Of a DNA stretch of 44,637 nt, positions 15,383-27,307 are shown in pieces. The stretch's first letter is position 1. Each line of letters opens with the position of its first letter. The notes below the pieces were generated by a model that had not been told where the DNA came from, did no database searches, and worked only from the letters and a program-made list of their open reading frames with translations. Position numbers and translations under genes: made by a program. The stretch is from an uncultured Candidatus Saccharibacteria bacterium (GTDB lineage: Bacteria > Patescibacteriota > CALEFQ01), in contig CAZLGC010000003.1 in NCBI GenBank assembly GCA_964559275.1, forward strand, positions 1-44,637, given 5' to 3'.

Positions 15383-18307
15383 ATGGAAATCCTGGAATCC
15401 TTAAATCCTAACCAAAAAAAAGCCGTTATCCACGGTGCCGGCCCGCTTTTGATAGTGGCCGGGGCAGGTACGGGAAAAACAACCGTTATCACTCGGCGGA
15501 TTGCCTGGCTTTTGCTTGAAAAAGAACTTCAAGCAGACCAAATTTTGGCGATGACTTTTACGGAAAAAGCGGCTGAGGAAATGGAAACACGTGTGGATCA
15601 ACTGCTACCGCTTGGCTATGAAGATCTTTGGATCAATACTTTCCATGAGTTTGGTAAAAAGGTGCTGCAGGATAACGCTCTGGAGATCGGCCTGGATCCC
15701 GATTTCAAAGTGCTTACCGAAGCTGACCAGTATATGTTCATCCGGCAGCGGTTGTTTGAGTTTGACCTGAATTATTATCGGCCGCTGGGGAACCCGGCTA
15801 AGTTTATTCAGGCCTTACTTAAATTATTTTCGAGAGCCAAAGATGAGGAGATAGATGAGGTGGAGTTTTTGGCTTACGCTAAAAAACTCAAAATCAAAGC
15901 TCAAAATCCAAAACCAAAGCAACTCCAATCCAAAACCAAACTCCAAGAAGGGGCTGACGTTGAGGAAGCGGAAAAGTTGATGGAGCTGGCGAAGGCGTAT
16001 CAGAAATACCAAGAGATGATGCGGGCGGAGGGGTATATGGATTTCGGGGATCTGATTATGTACACCCTGAAACTTTTTCGGAAGCGGAAAAGTGTGCTGG
16101 AAAAATATCGGCGCCAGTTCAAATATATTCTGGTTGATGAATTTCAGGATACAAATTTTGCCCAGTATCAAATCCTTAAACTCCTGGCAGACCCTGATAA
16201 TAATTTGACTGTTGTCGGTGATGATGACCAGTCAATCTATCGCTTCCGGGGAGCGGCTCTTAATAACATTCTAAATTTTAAAAAACATTATCCCAAAGCC
16301 AAAGAGGTGGTGCTAAAAACAAACTATCGCTCCGGGCCGGGGGTTTTGGGAATGGCATACGAATCAATTCAGGGGAATAATCCGGACCGACTGGAGCGCA
16401 AGTTGGGAATCAAAAAAGATCTGGAGATCGGGCGGGATCTCAAGCTGCCGGGCAAGAAAACTGTGCAGACTCAACCGGAACTTATTTGGTTTGATACGGT
16501 GGAGCGCCAAGCCAATGGTGTCATCAAAAAGATAGTTGATATCAAGACGGCCGAGAAGCGGGAATGGCGTGATTTTGCCATTTTGGTGCGGGCAAATTCG
16601 CAGGCCGATCCCTTTATAAAGATACTTGATCGCAACAACATTCCGTACCAGTTTGTAGCTTCCAAAGGTCTTTACACCCAGCCGGAGGTGATGGATCTGC
16701 TGTCTTACCTAACGGTGCTTGATAGTTTTCTGGACAGCACCAGTCTGTATCGGGTGACACGGATCCCGGTTTTTCAGTTTGACCCGCAGGACGTAATTCG
16801 CCTGATGGCGTACGCCCGGCGCAAAAATCTTTCGTTATACGAGGCGATGGATGAGGTTGAGAGCGTCGCCGGCATTAAGGCGGCAACCAAGAAATCTATC
16901 GTTAAGCTGTTTGATCTTTTGAAGAAACACGCTGCCCTGGCTCGTGACAAAAAAGTAAGTGAAGTGCTGGTAGAATTTTTGCGCGATTCCGGATATATGA
17001 AGATTTTGGAAAAAAGAGATACTCTGGAAACGGAGCAGCGGTTCCAGAATATTGTTGAGCTTTTCAAACGGATCCAGCAGTTTGAACAAACGGGGGAGAC
17101 TCAGAGCGTCAGCGATTTCATTGCCGAACTGGCAGTGGCCACCGAGGGCGGCGAGGATCCGGCTCCGGCCGAGATCGAAGAAGGGCCGGATACTATTAAG
17201 GTGATGACGATTCATAAGGCCAAGGGGTTGGAATTTCCAGTGGTTTTCCTGGTCAGTCTGATTGAAGGACACTTTCCGGTCAGAAACCGTCGCGATCCTC
17301 TGACTTTGCCGGACGAAATGCTGGAGGAAACGCTGCCGGAGGAATCACACGTCCAAGAAGAGCGCCGACTCTTTTATGTGGCTGCCACCCGGGCGATGGA
17401 CCAGCTGTATCTGGCTGGTGCGGCCGATTACGGTGGCAAGCGTCAGCGCAAACTATCCCGCTTTGTCAAAGAAATTGAAGATAAGGTGAAGGTAAGCAGA
17501 CCGAAGTCCGGCACTGAGATTGCTCAGCAGCAGCTATTTGTCGGTGAGGCAGCCCAAGCAGAGATAAAGGATAAACTGCCGGCTAAGTTCAGCTACACGC
17601 AGATGGAAGCTTTTAAGAGCTGTCCGCTGCAATACAAGTTTGCTCACATTCTGCGCGTTCCCACCGCCGGCTCACACTCTTTCAGCTATGGTCGCAGCGT
17701 CCACGAAACATTGAGCGACTTTTTCGCCGAACGAGCGAAGGGGAAAGAGCCAACCCAGAAAGATCTGCTGGCGATGCTGGAGAATAATTGGATCGATGAG
17801 TTTTACGACAGCAAAGCCCACGAGCAGAAAAGATACAAAACCGCCCAGGCTGCGCTCAAAGATTTTTACAAAAAACATAAGGACAAGTGGCCAAAAACTA
17901 CTGCAATCGAAAAAGGCTTCAACCTAAAAATAGGTAAATATGTTCTCAAAGGCGCAATTGATCGGGTGGATAAACTGGACGGAAAGAAGGTTGAGATTGT
18001 TGACTACAAAACGGGGGACAGCAAGAAAGGGGAAAAGGAAATAAAAAAACCGACTCAGCTTTTGCTCTACGCCTTGGCGGCGGAACAGGTTCTAGGCCTG
18101 ACACCGGAGAAACTGACCCTGTATTACACCGATGACAATAAACCGTATTCAATTGAGCGGGAGAAATTTGAACCGCTGCTGGCAAAAACCAAAGAGGAAA
18201 CGATAAAAATACTGGATGATCTTTGTGCCAGCGATTTTTTGGCAACACCCTCGAGTCATGTCTGCAAACACTGTGATTTCAAGATGATTTGTCCGAACCG
18301 GAAATAA
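15383..18307 (+). CDS. UvrD/PcrA-type superfamily-1 helicase fused to a PD-(D/E)XK nuclease domain with iron-staple cysteines
   Basis: Helicase motifs are AGAGTGKT, VDEFQDTN, GDDDQSIYRFRGA, TIHKAKGLEF and FYVAATRA. The C-terminal nuclease has IDRVD and EIVDYKTG. Cysteines SC(PLQY) plus CKHCDFKMIC give the Cx2Cx5C pattern seen in AddB/Cas4. Confidence 0.85.
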   Translation: MEILESLNPNQKKAVIHGAGPLLIVAGAGTGKTTVITRRIAWLLLEKELQADQILAMTFTEKAAEEMETRVDQLLPLGYEDLWINTFHEFGKKVLQDNALEIGLDPDFKVLTEADQYMFIRQRLFEFDLNYYRPLGNPAKFIQALLKLFSRAKDEEIDEVEFLAYAKKLKIKAQNPKPKQLQSKTKLQEGADVEEAEKLMELAKAYQKYQEMMRAEGYMDFGDLIMYTLKLFRKRKSVLEKYRRQFKYILVDEFQDTNFAQYQILKLLADPDNNLTVVGDDDQSIYRFRGAALNNILNFKKHYPKAKEVVLKTNYRSGPGVLGMAYESIQGNNPDRLERKLGIKKDLEIGRDLKLPGKKTVQTQPELIWFDTVERQANGVIKKIVDIKTAEKREWRDFAILVRANSQADPFIKILDRNNIPYQFVASKGLYTQPEVMDLLSYLTVLDSFLDSTSLYRVTRIPVFQFDPQDVIRLMAYARRKNLSLYEAMDEVESVAGIKAATKKSIVKLFDLLKKHAALARDKKVSEVLVEFLRDSGYMKILEKRDTLETEQRFQNIVELFKRIQQFEQTGETQSVSDFIAELAVATEGGEDPAPAEIEEGPDTIKVMTIHKAKGLEFPVVFLVSLIEGHFPVRNRRDPLTLPDEMLEETLPEESHVQEERRLFYVAATRAMDQLYLAGAADYGGKRQRKLSRFVKEIEDKVKVSRPKSGTEIAQQQLFVGEAAQAEIKDKLPAKFSYTQMEAFKSCPLQYKFAHILRVPTAGSHSFSYGRSVHETLSDFFAERAKGKEPTQKDLLAMLENNWIDEFYDSKAHEQKRYKTAQAALKDFYKKHKDKWPKTTAIEKGFNLKIGKYVLKGAIDRVDKLDGKKVEIVDYKTGDSKKGEKEIKKPTQLLLYALAAEQVLGLTPEKLTLYYTDDNKPYSIEREKFEPLLAKTKEETIKILDDLCASDFLATPSSHVCKHCDFKMICPNRK

Positions 18308-18401
18308 AAAATCAAAAATTAGAAATGCAAACTTTTAATCTAAATTTCTTTTGAGCTTTAGATTTTGAGCTTTTTAGTTTTTGGGTTATAATAGGATAGA
18401 T

Positions 18402-18770
18402 ATGTCCCTCAAAGCCTATGTTATCGGAATGTTGTTTGCAACGATTGTGTGCTGGGGAGCGTTTGGCTTCGTAGTGCTTTTTGTTGATCCGGATCGGGGC
18501 TGGCTGGCGGTACTGGCTTTTTATCTTACGTTGGGCCTGGCCCTAATGGGAACAATAACACTGATTGGATACAAGATTCGGGTAGCAGTCAGCCACGGGG
18601 AAGAGCTGTACGCTAATCTAGGGGTGTCGCTGCGTCAGGGGATCCTGCTTGCGATTGCCCTGGTAGGAGTCCTGTTTCTGCAGTCGCTTAGAATGCTAAA
18701 TTGGTGGGATGGGGGACTATTAGTCGGTTTCTTGATTCTATTGGAATTCTTTTTCCTCTCCCGGAAATAA
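18402..18770 (+). CDS. Small integral membrane protein (about 4 TM)
   Basis: I place the start at the ATG at 18402. The ORF-track TTG at 18381 overlaps a TATAAT box. The protein has four hydrophobic helices and no recognisable family. Confidence 0.55.
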   Translation: MSLKAYVIGMLFATIVCWGAFGFVVLFVDPDRGWLAVLAFYLTLGLALMGTITLIGYKIRVAVSHGEELYANLGVSLRQGILLAIALVGVLFLQSLRMLNWWDGGLLVGFLILLEFFFLSRK

Positions 18771-18794
18771 CGGGAATACAAAACGCAAAATTAC

Positions 18795-19814
18795 ATGGAA
18801 GATGAACTAAAAAAGTTCCGAGATGAAGCCTTGGAAGCAATTGCCGCGGCTGACTCCAACGAAGCCCTGGAAAAACTCCGGGTGGCTTATCTTGGCCGCA
18901 AGGGCAAGGTAAGTTTGGCGTTGCGCCAGATTAAGGATTTGAATGCAGAACAAAAAAAGGCTGTCGGGAAACTGGGCAATGAAATCCGTCGAGATATAGA
19001 AGAAGCGCTCAACAAAAAACTACAGGGGATTTCCGACAATAGATATGAAAACTTGGCTACTGAGGAATGGATAGACGTGTCCGCACCTGGAATTGCTCCG
19101 AATATCGGAACCCTTCACCCGATATCACAAGTCATATACAGCTTGGCGGATTTGTTTACATCAATGGGCTACGAAATTGTCAGTGGTCCGGAAATTGAAA
19201 CTGACTACTACTGTTTTGAAGCTCTGAACATGCCGCCCGATCACCCGGCTCGCGACATGCAGGACACATTTTATCTGAAAAACGGGCTGGTGCCGCGCAC
19301 ACATACCTCGTCAATGCAGATTCGCTATATGGAAAAACACAAACCGCCGGTGCGAATAATTGTGCCTGGTCGGGTTTATCGGAATGAGAAAGAGGACGCC
19401 ACACACACCGCGATTTTCACCCAGCTGGAAGGTTTGTTGGTTGACGAGAAAGCAAACTTTGCCAATCTCAAGGCTACGTTGGTGGCGGCCGTCCAAAAAG
19501 TAGCCGGTAAGGACAAAGAAGTTCGTTTCCGTCCCAGTTTTTTCCCTTACACCGAACCTTCGGCGGAAATTGACATGACCTGCATGAAATGCGGAGGCAA
19601 GGGTTGCAATGTCTGTGGCGGTGACGGTTGGGTAGAGCTCGGTGGTGCGGGTATGGTCCACCCGCAGGTTTTCGAAAACGTCGGCTATGATACTAGTAAA
19701 ATCCAGGGTTTCGCTTTTGGGTTCGGACCGGACCGGATTATGTCGATGAAACGCAATATCAATGACGCCCGTTTGTATTACCAAAACGATCTAAGGTTTT
19801 TGCGCCAATTCTAA
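18795..19814 (+). CDS. pheS: Phenylalanine--tRNA ligase alpha subunit
   Basis: The HPARDMQDTFY motif and class II motifs are present (FRPSFFPYTEPSAE, GGAGMVHP). The stop overlaps the pheT start as TAATG. Confidence 0.95.
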   Translation: MEDELKKFRDEALEAIAAADSNEALEKLRVAYLGRKGKVSLALRQIKDLNAEQKKAVGKLGNEIRRDIEEALNKKLQGISDNRYENLATEEWIDVSAPGIAPNIGTLHPISQVIYSLADLFTSMGYEIVSGPEIETDYYCFEALNMPPDHPARDMQDTFYLKNGLVPRTHTSSMQIRYMEKHKPPVRIIVPGRVYRNEKEDATHTAIFTQLEGLLVDEKANFANLKATLVAAVQKVAGKDKEVRFRPSFFPYTEPSAEIDMTCMKCGGKGCNVCGGDGWVELGGAGMVHPQVFENVGYDTSKIQGFAFGFGPDRIMSMKRNINDARLYYQNDLRFLRQF

Positions 19815-22249
19815 TGAAGATAGCTTACTCCTGGCTCCAGGATTACGTCAAAACGAATAAAACTCCGAAAGAACTTCAGGAGATTTTAACGTTCCATACT
19901 GCCGAAGTTGAAAATTTAGATAAAGCAGGGCAGATCGCCGATGTGGTGGTCGGCAAAGTTCTGGAAGTTTCAGATCATCCCAACGCTGACAAACTTAGAT
20001 TGGCCAAAGTGGCTGTCGGCAAAGAGAAGCCTCTCAACATAGTCTGCGGCGCTCCCAACCTGGAAGTCGGCCAGCTGGTGCCGGTGGCGCTTTGCGGAGC
20101 GGTACTGCCGGGTGACTTTAAGATTGAGCGGCGCGAAGTCCGGGGCGAGATGTCGGAAGGCATGATTTGCGCCGAAGATGAACTAGGGCTGGGTGACAAA
20201 CACGAAGGTGTCATAGTTTTAGACCCGGGGTCTTATGAAATCGGTGAACCGTTTGCTCCCAAGGGGGGTGATACTATTTTGGACGTGTCGGTGCCGGCCA
20301 ACCGAGCTGATTTGATGTCGCACTTGGGCATCGGTCGCGAGATAGCCGCGGTCGAAAAATTGGATTTCGGCTACCAGCCGTTTGAATTACCCCAGTTTGA
20401 ATCCCAGGAAGCTTTAAAAGTAGAAGTTGATAGCAAAATCTGCCCGCGTTATACGGCTTTGGTTATTTCCGGCATCAAAATCGGGCCGTCACCAGACTGG
20501 ATGCAGGCTCGTTTGCAGGCGGTAGGGCTCAGGCCGATTAATAATATTGTTGATCTGACTAATTATCTGATGCTGGACATGGGCCAGCCGATGCATGCGT
20601 TTGATTTTGACAAAATTGAAGGGGCTGCTATGTCAGTCCGAGCCGCTCAGGACGGCGAGAGTGTGGAAACACTGGATGACCAGACCTGGGAGCTCAAAGC
20701 CGGCATGCCCGTGATTGCCGACTCAAAGAAGCTGATCGACCTGGCCGGCATAATGGGCGGGAAAAACAGTGAAGTAAGCGAAGCTACCCAGACAATCGTT
20801 TTGCAAGCGGCGACTTTTGATGCCATCACTGTGCGCAAGGCTTCTCGTCAGCTGGGGCAGCGCACCGACGCCGTTAGTGTCTACGAAAAGGGGGTTGATT
20901 CGGAGCTGCCTATTCCCACCCTGGCCAAAGCCTGGGCGCTGCTTAGCGAAATGATTCCGGGCGTGCAAGCTAAGCAATTTATTGATATTAAACAAAGTGA
21001 TTTTCAACCTACTACGATTGAGTTTGATCCCGCTCAGGTCAAGAAACTGATCGGCATGGAAGTCAGTCCAGAACAAGCCGCGGAGATTTTTGCTCGCTTG
21101 GGTATGAGAACCAGCCAGGACAAAACCATGGTCGTTGAAACGCCGAGTTGGCGCTCCGATATCACCGGTGCCCATGATTTGGTTGAAGAAATTGTCCGGA
21201 TTATCGGATATGACGCCGTCCCGTCAGAGCTGCCAGTAGGTAAACTGCAGCCGCCTGATTCCAACGAGTTGTTGTATTGGGAGCGGCGGGCCAAAGAAGT
21301 CTTGGTGGCCGCGGGTTTCAACGAAGTCGTCAATTATGCCTTCACAAGCAAAGAAGCTTTGGAACAAATGGGTGTCCAAGATCTCAAAGGGCATCTCCCG
21401 GTGGCCAATCCGATTTCTCCAGAACATGCTTTTATGCGGGCCAGTCTGGTACCGGGATTACTGAAGAATACCAAAGAGAATTTAAAAAATTTCCCGGAGT
21501 TCAGCATTTTTGAACTGGGGAATGTTTTCTACGGTCATGATGCCACCCGCGAACTTAAATACGAAGAGGGCGTGCATGAAGAACCAAAGCTGACCGGTGC
21601 AATGGTGAACTCCCGCCCGCGTAAATCTAAAGGCAAGGTCAGCTCCCGGTCTTTCCTGGAAGCGAAAGGTGTGATTGAAGAATTGCTGAAGAAACTTGGT
21701 ATTGAGGACGCTCGGGTGTCGTATGAGCAGATAGGCATCCCTAGCAGCACTTTCCATCCTGGCCGGACGGCGGTAATTCGTGTCAAGGTCAAGGGCCAGG
21801 CTGAGCTGGAAGGGGAGTATAATGAGGAGATCGGTATGCTGGGAGAGGTGCATCCGGCGATGCTCGAGGCCTATGATATCGGGGCGGTTGTTATGTTGTT
21901 TGATATTGATTTTGATAAGTTGTTTGATCTGGCGACCGACAAGAAACAGATAACTTCAGTCGGTAGATTTCCTGGTGTGATCCGAGATGTTTCTTTTATC
22001 GTTGATCGGAATGTTCTGGTCGGGGAGCTGAAAGCCGTCATGGGTTACGCCGGCGGAGTTCTGATTGAGCAAGTCGATCTTTTTGACACTTACGAAGGCG
22101 ACCAGATCCCTCAGGGTAAAAAGAGTTTGGCTTTCCACGTTCTATATCAATTACCAGATCGGACGCTGACGGACAAAGAAGTGGATGAGCAGCATAAAAA
22201 GGTTATTGACGCAGTTAAAGAAAGATATCAAGCCGAGGTCCGAGAATAA
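19814..22249 (+). CDS. pheT: Phenylalanine--tRNA ligase beta subunit
   Basis: 811 aa. The N-terminal tRNA-binding domain reads HPNADKLRLAKV. B3/4, B5 and FDX-ACB-like regions follow. The gene is adjacent to pheS. Confidence 0.95.
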   Translation: MKIAYSWLQDYVKTNKTPKELQEILTFHTAEVENLDKAGQIADVVVGKVLEVSDHPNADKLRLAKVAVGKEKPLNIVCGAPNLEVGQLVPVALCGAVLPGDFKIERREVRGEMSEGMICAEDELGLGDKHEGVIVLDPGSYEIGEPFAPKGGDTILDVSVPANRADLMSHLGIGREIAAVEKLDFGYQPFELPQFESQEALKVEVDSKICPRYTALVISGIKIGPSPDWMQARLQAVGLRPINNIVDLTNYLMLDMGQPMHAFDFDKIEGAAMSVRAAQDGESVETLDDQTWELKAGMPVIADSKKLIDLAGIMGGKNSEVSEATQTIVLQAATFDAITVRKASRQLGQRTDAVSVYEKGVDSELPIPTLAKAWALLSEMIPGVQAKQFIDIKQSDFQPTTIEFDPAQVKKLIGMEVSPEQAAEIFARLGMRTSQDKTMVVETPSWRSDITGAHDLVEEIVRIIGYDAVPSELPVGKLQPPDSNELLYWERRAKEVLVAAGFNEVVNYAFTSKEALEQMGVQDLKGHLPVANPISPEHAFMRASLVPGLLKNTKENLKNFPEFSIFELGNVFYGHDATRELKYEEGVHEEPKLTGAMVNSRPRKSKGKVSSRSFLEAKGVIEELLKKLGIEDARVSYEQIGIPSSTFHPGRTAVIRVKVKGQAELEGEYNEEIGMLGEVHPAMLEAYDIGAVVMLFDIDFDKLFDLATDKKQITSVGRFPGVIRDVSFIVDRNVLVGELKAVMGYAGGVLIEQVDLFDTYEGDQIPQGKKSLAFHVLYQLPDRTLTDKEVDEQHKKVIDAVKERYQAEVRE

Positions 22250-22270
22250 TAGTCTAGTCATAATATTAAG

Positions 22271-22296
22271 AGGCCGTTCCCTGATGGGAACGGCCT
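22271..22296. terminator. Bidirectional terminator between pheT and the GC-rich islet
   Basis: aggccgttccc-tgat-gggaacggcct forms a perfect 11-bp stem. Confidence 0.65.
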
Positions 22297-22307
22297 TATG
22301 CTTTGGT

Positions 22308-22565
22308 TTACTTCGTCAGAACCGTGATCACGATGGCATCGGTGCATTTTCCACCGTCCTTGCCGCGGCGCTGCAGAGCTTCATGCTGGATGCCAGCGGC
22401 GATGCATCGCTGTTCGAGCTCCTGGACTTTCTGCAGGGCTGCGCCAACGCCGGGCTCGTCGTTTTCCCCGACAGCGCGAACGCTGAGTACATGGTGTTCA
22501 ATGTCCAGGCGAATCAGGAGATTACCTTGGTCCGCAAGCAGGACCGCATCGAAGTTTACCTCCAT
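22308..22565 (-). CDS. Hypothetical protein (85 aa), GC-rich islet
   Basis: The ATG at 22565 lies 8 nt downstream of AGGAGG. I shortened the 105-aa track ORF accordingly. I recognise no family. The antisense plus-strand ORFs translate to Cys/Arg/Ser-rich junk. Confidence 0.5.
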   Translation of the reverse strand: MEVNFDAVLLADQGNLLIRLDIEHHVLSVRAVGENDEPGVGAALQKVQELEQRCIAAGIQHEALQRRGKDGGKCTDAIVITVLTK

Positions 22566-22729
22566 TTGTTGTTTCCTCCTTTCAAGTAAGTTTGATCCAC
22601 TATGAAAATCATAGAAATTTACCATTTTTGTCTGCGGATGTCAATTCATTGAAGTAGCTAAAAAAAGCAGCCCCCGAACGCGGTCGAGGGTGCCAAGAGA
22701 GCCGATTGTTGTCGTCGCCGGCTCTAGGA

Positions 22730-23131
22730 TCAATACCCGTTCTTGGGTGCCCACATCTTGACATCGTCATGATGCAGAGCAGCCAAATGATACAGGTATC
22801 TGGCTGGTAAGGCAATGAGAATAGTTGCTATCAGCAGGCCAGCAGCCCGCCACAGCGCGTAATTGATCATTGTAGCAGCATCGAACAGGCGCAGCCACAA
22901 AGGATCCTCATCGTCTTGCCAAATGTCCGTGACTGAGCTCCTGAGGCAGCTCAGGAGGCTCTGCCAGTATCGCTTCGTGGTCATGTCCATGAGATTGTCG
23001 GCTGAAAGGCCGCCTAACGTGACGGCTTCAAAGATCAGCGAGACAAATAACTCACAGAACCAGCAGATCAGGAAAAGTCCGGCAGAACCGAGGAGCAACA
23101 AGGCTCCCAGGGAAAGCAATAAGTACAACAT
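22730..23131 (-). CDS. Hypothetical membrane protein (133 aa), GC-rich islet
   Basis: The ATG at 23131 (MLYLLLSLG...) lies 8 nt downstream of GGAGG. There are hydrophobic helices at the N-terminus and at AAGLLIATILIAL. Confidence 0.5.
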   Translation of the reverse strand: MLYLLLSLGALLLLGSAGLFLICWFCELFVSLIFEAVTLGGLSADNLMDMTTKRYWQSLLSCLRSSVTDIWQDDEDPLWLRLFDAATMINYALWRAAGLLIATILIALPARYLYHLAALHHDDVKMWAPKNGY

Positions 23132-23308
23132 GATAAATACCTCCATATCTGATAAACCAAGATTAACATAAAAAGCCAATTATGTCAAGTTATTATCACT
23201 TTTTTGCCTTTAAATAAGCCAAAAAATATCCCCAAAAAACTCTTTACAATTCCCGTAGTATTTGCTAGATTTATAGTAGTAAGAAAACCAACTTTACGCT
23301 TTATATAA

Positions 23309-25429
<2,121 letters not shown>

Positions 25430-25465
25430 ATAAAAGTGCTTATTTTAAAGCAATTGGGGACGGTA

Positions 25466-25493
25466 TTGCCAAATTTCCAGGAGTATGTATAAT
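25466..25493 (+). promoter_or_regulatory. Sigma70-like promoter upstream of secE-nusG
   Basis: TTGCCA is separated by 16 nt from TATAAT. Confidence 0.45.
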
Positions 25494-25561
25494 AGGAATA
25501 GAGCTGCCCCCCGGGCGCTTTTTAAAAACTCGCAATTGCGGGGTTAAAGAATTGTAAACAT

Positions 25562-25756
25562 ATGGCCTGGGAAACAGGTAAAATAATCGATTTTTTCAAA
25601 GATGCCAGAAAAGAGCTGAAGAAAGTTGTCTGGCCCTCGCGGCGTGACATTATCAAGCACACTATTATTGTGATTGCCGTCAGCTTGGCTCTCGCTGGTA
25701 TTTTCGGCGTGCTCGATTTACTCTTCTCATTTGGTATCAAAGAACTTATCTCTTAG
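25562..25756 (+). CDS. secE: Preprotein translocase subunit SecE
   Basis: 64 aa. KELKKVVWPSRRD is followed by a single TM helix. It occupies the conserved position upstream of nusG. Confidence 0.85.
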   Translation: MAWETGKIIDFFKDARKELKKVVWPSRRDIIKHTIIVIAVSLALAGIFGVLDLLFSFGIKELIS

Positions 25757-25759
25757 ATT

Positions 25760-26305
25760 ATGCCAAAACAATTAGGTAAAAAAGAAAAGCTCTGGTACGT
25801 TCTCCATACCTATTCTGGCTACGAGGAGAACGTTGCCCGTAATCTCCGGCAACGTATTGAATCTTTGGATATGGAGGATAAGATTTTTCAGGTATTGGTA
25901 CCAAAGGAGAAGAAAATTAAGATCAAGAACGGTAAACGTCGAGTTGTTGAAGAGAAGATATTTCCGGGGTATGTCCTAGTGGAAATGATCGTGACTGACG
26001 ATTCCTGGTACGTGGTCAGAAACACCCCACAGGTAACGGGATTTGTCGGTTCGGGAACAACTCCGACACCTATTTCTATCGATGAAATTCAGACTCTGCA
26101 AAAAAGAATGGGTGTCAAAGAGCCTAAGTACAAGATTGACGTTGAAGTCGGTGATAGTGTCAAAATTGTTGACGGCCCGTTCAAGGATTTCGAGGGCAAG
26201 ATCAATGCTCTGGATGAAGAAAAGGGCAAGGTCAAAGTCTTAGTCAATATGTTTGGCCGGGAAACCCCGGTCGAGCTCGATTTCTTGCAGATTAAGAAAC
26301 TTTAG
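25760..26305 (+). CDS. nusG: Transcription termination/antitermination factor NusG
   Basis: The NGN domain shows WYVLHTYSGYEENV. The KOW motif shows GDSVKIVDGPFKDFEG. Confidence 0.95.
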   Translation: MPKQLGKKEKLWYVLHTYSGYEENVARNLRQRIESLDMEDKIFQVLVPKEKKIKIKNGKRRVVEEKIFPGYVLVEMIVTDDSWYVVRNTPQVTGFVGSGTTPTPISIDEIQTLQKRMGVKEPKYKIDVEVGDSVKIVDGPFKDFEGKINALDEEKGKVKVLVNMFGRETPVELDFLQIKKL

Positions 26306-26316
26306 GCAATACTATC

Positions 26317-26769
26317 ATGTTAGGAGAAAGATCTCCTGAAGGATCGCAGGAGGCGGCGGAATCCGCGTTGTCATTTGAGATTGACCGCGGGCTGGATCAG
26401 ATGCTGGAAGAAATAGGCGGTCCGCAAGACATTACTGAGGTTCAGGATATTCAGGCAGCCAGTTTGCAGTCTGAATCAGGTGAATCCTTCGAGCTCAATT
26501 TTCACCGTGAAGGTGGAGAGAGAGTCGAGCAGGCAGCGAAATCAGTCGAAATAAGTTTGCGTGGCCCGGATGTCAGAGGACGTTTCCGGATGGAGTCCGG
26601 CAAGATTGTTTCAGCCATCGGCCGTTACCGCGACAGCGCCGGAGAAAATGCTCAGGATAAGGCCGGGCTGGTAAAAACAATTTGGACGAAATCTAAACCT
26701 TTAATAAAGAAAGAACTAACGCGGCAGGAAAAAGAGTATCAAGCGGAGTGGGGTAAGAAAGCTGCGTAA
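26317..26769 (+). CDS. Hypothetical acidic protein (150 aa) inserted between nusG and rplK
   Basis: This is an uninterrupted ORF with tight spacing (11 nt on each side). I recognise no family. Confidence 0.5.
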   Translation: MLGERSPEGSQEAAESALSFEIDRGLDQMLEEIGGPQDITEVQDIQAASLQSESGESFELNFHREGGERVEQAAKSVEISLRGPDVRGRFRMESGKIVSAIGRYRDSAGENAQDKAGLVKTIWTKSKPLIKKELTRQEKEYQAEWGKKAA

Positions 26770-26780
26770 TCAATAAAACC

Positions 26781-27206
26781 ATGGCGAAGCAAGTTAAAAC
26801 AGTTGTGAAGCTACAGATACCTGCAGGCAAAGCGACACCGGCACCGCCGGTGGGGCCGGCTTTGGGTCAGCACGGGCTGAACATCAAGGAATTTGTCGAT
26901 CAATTCAACGAGAAGACAAAAGATCAAGGTGGTGACATCCTTCCGGTTGAAATTTCTATCTATGAAGATCGCTCGTTTGATTTCATTATAAAAACTCCGC
27001 CGGCGGCTGAGCTGTTAAAAAAGGCGGCCGGAATCAAGAAGGGTTCAGGGGAGCCGCACAAGAACAAGGTCGCCACAGTGACTATGGCACAGGTCAAGGA
27101 GATTGCGGAGAAGAAGATGGTAGACTTGAACGCACATGACATTGATCAGGCAGCTAAGGTTGTTGCCGGTACCGCCCGTAGTATGGGAATCCAGGTCAAG
27201 GGTTAG
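26781..27206 (+). CDS. rplK: 50S ribosomal protein L11
   Basis: The sequence [26 protein letters not shown] is diagnostic. Confidence 0.95.
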   Translation: MAKQVKTVVKLQIPAGKATPAPPVGPALGQHGLNIKEFVDQFNEKTKDQGGDILPVEISIYEDRSFDFIIKTPPAAELLKKAAGIKKGSGEPHKNKVATVTMAQVKEIAEKKMVDLNAHDIDQAAKVVAGTARSMGIQVKG

Positions 27207-27307
27207 GGGTTGGGCAGCAGCAGCTTAAATTTTTTAAGTAATTAGAAATTCGATAAAAGTGGGACCTCCGGTTGTCACCAGAGGGTTAGTACCACGAGGT
27301 AAAAATT

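Noticed and set aside
22185-22605. Plus-strand ORFs (134 aa and 100 aa) across the islet
   Set aside because: One starts inside pheT and both cross the pheT terminator hairpin. Their translations are Cys/Arg/Ser-rich. The minus-strand 85-aa ORF has a strong SD.
25430-25561. Expected tRNA (often tRNA-Trp) upstream of secE
   Set aside because: No cloverleaf-compatible arms or T-loop GTTCRANYC motif are visible. The region looks like a promoter plus a short leader.
27207-27307. Possible ribosomal protein L1 autoregulatory mRNA structure in the rplK-rplA spacer
   Set aside because: I found only a short GUGG...CCAC / CCUC...GAGG hairpin. I cannot match it confidently to the L1-binding consensus without a covariance model.
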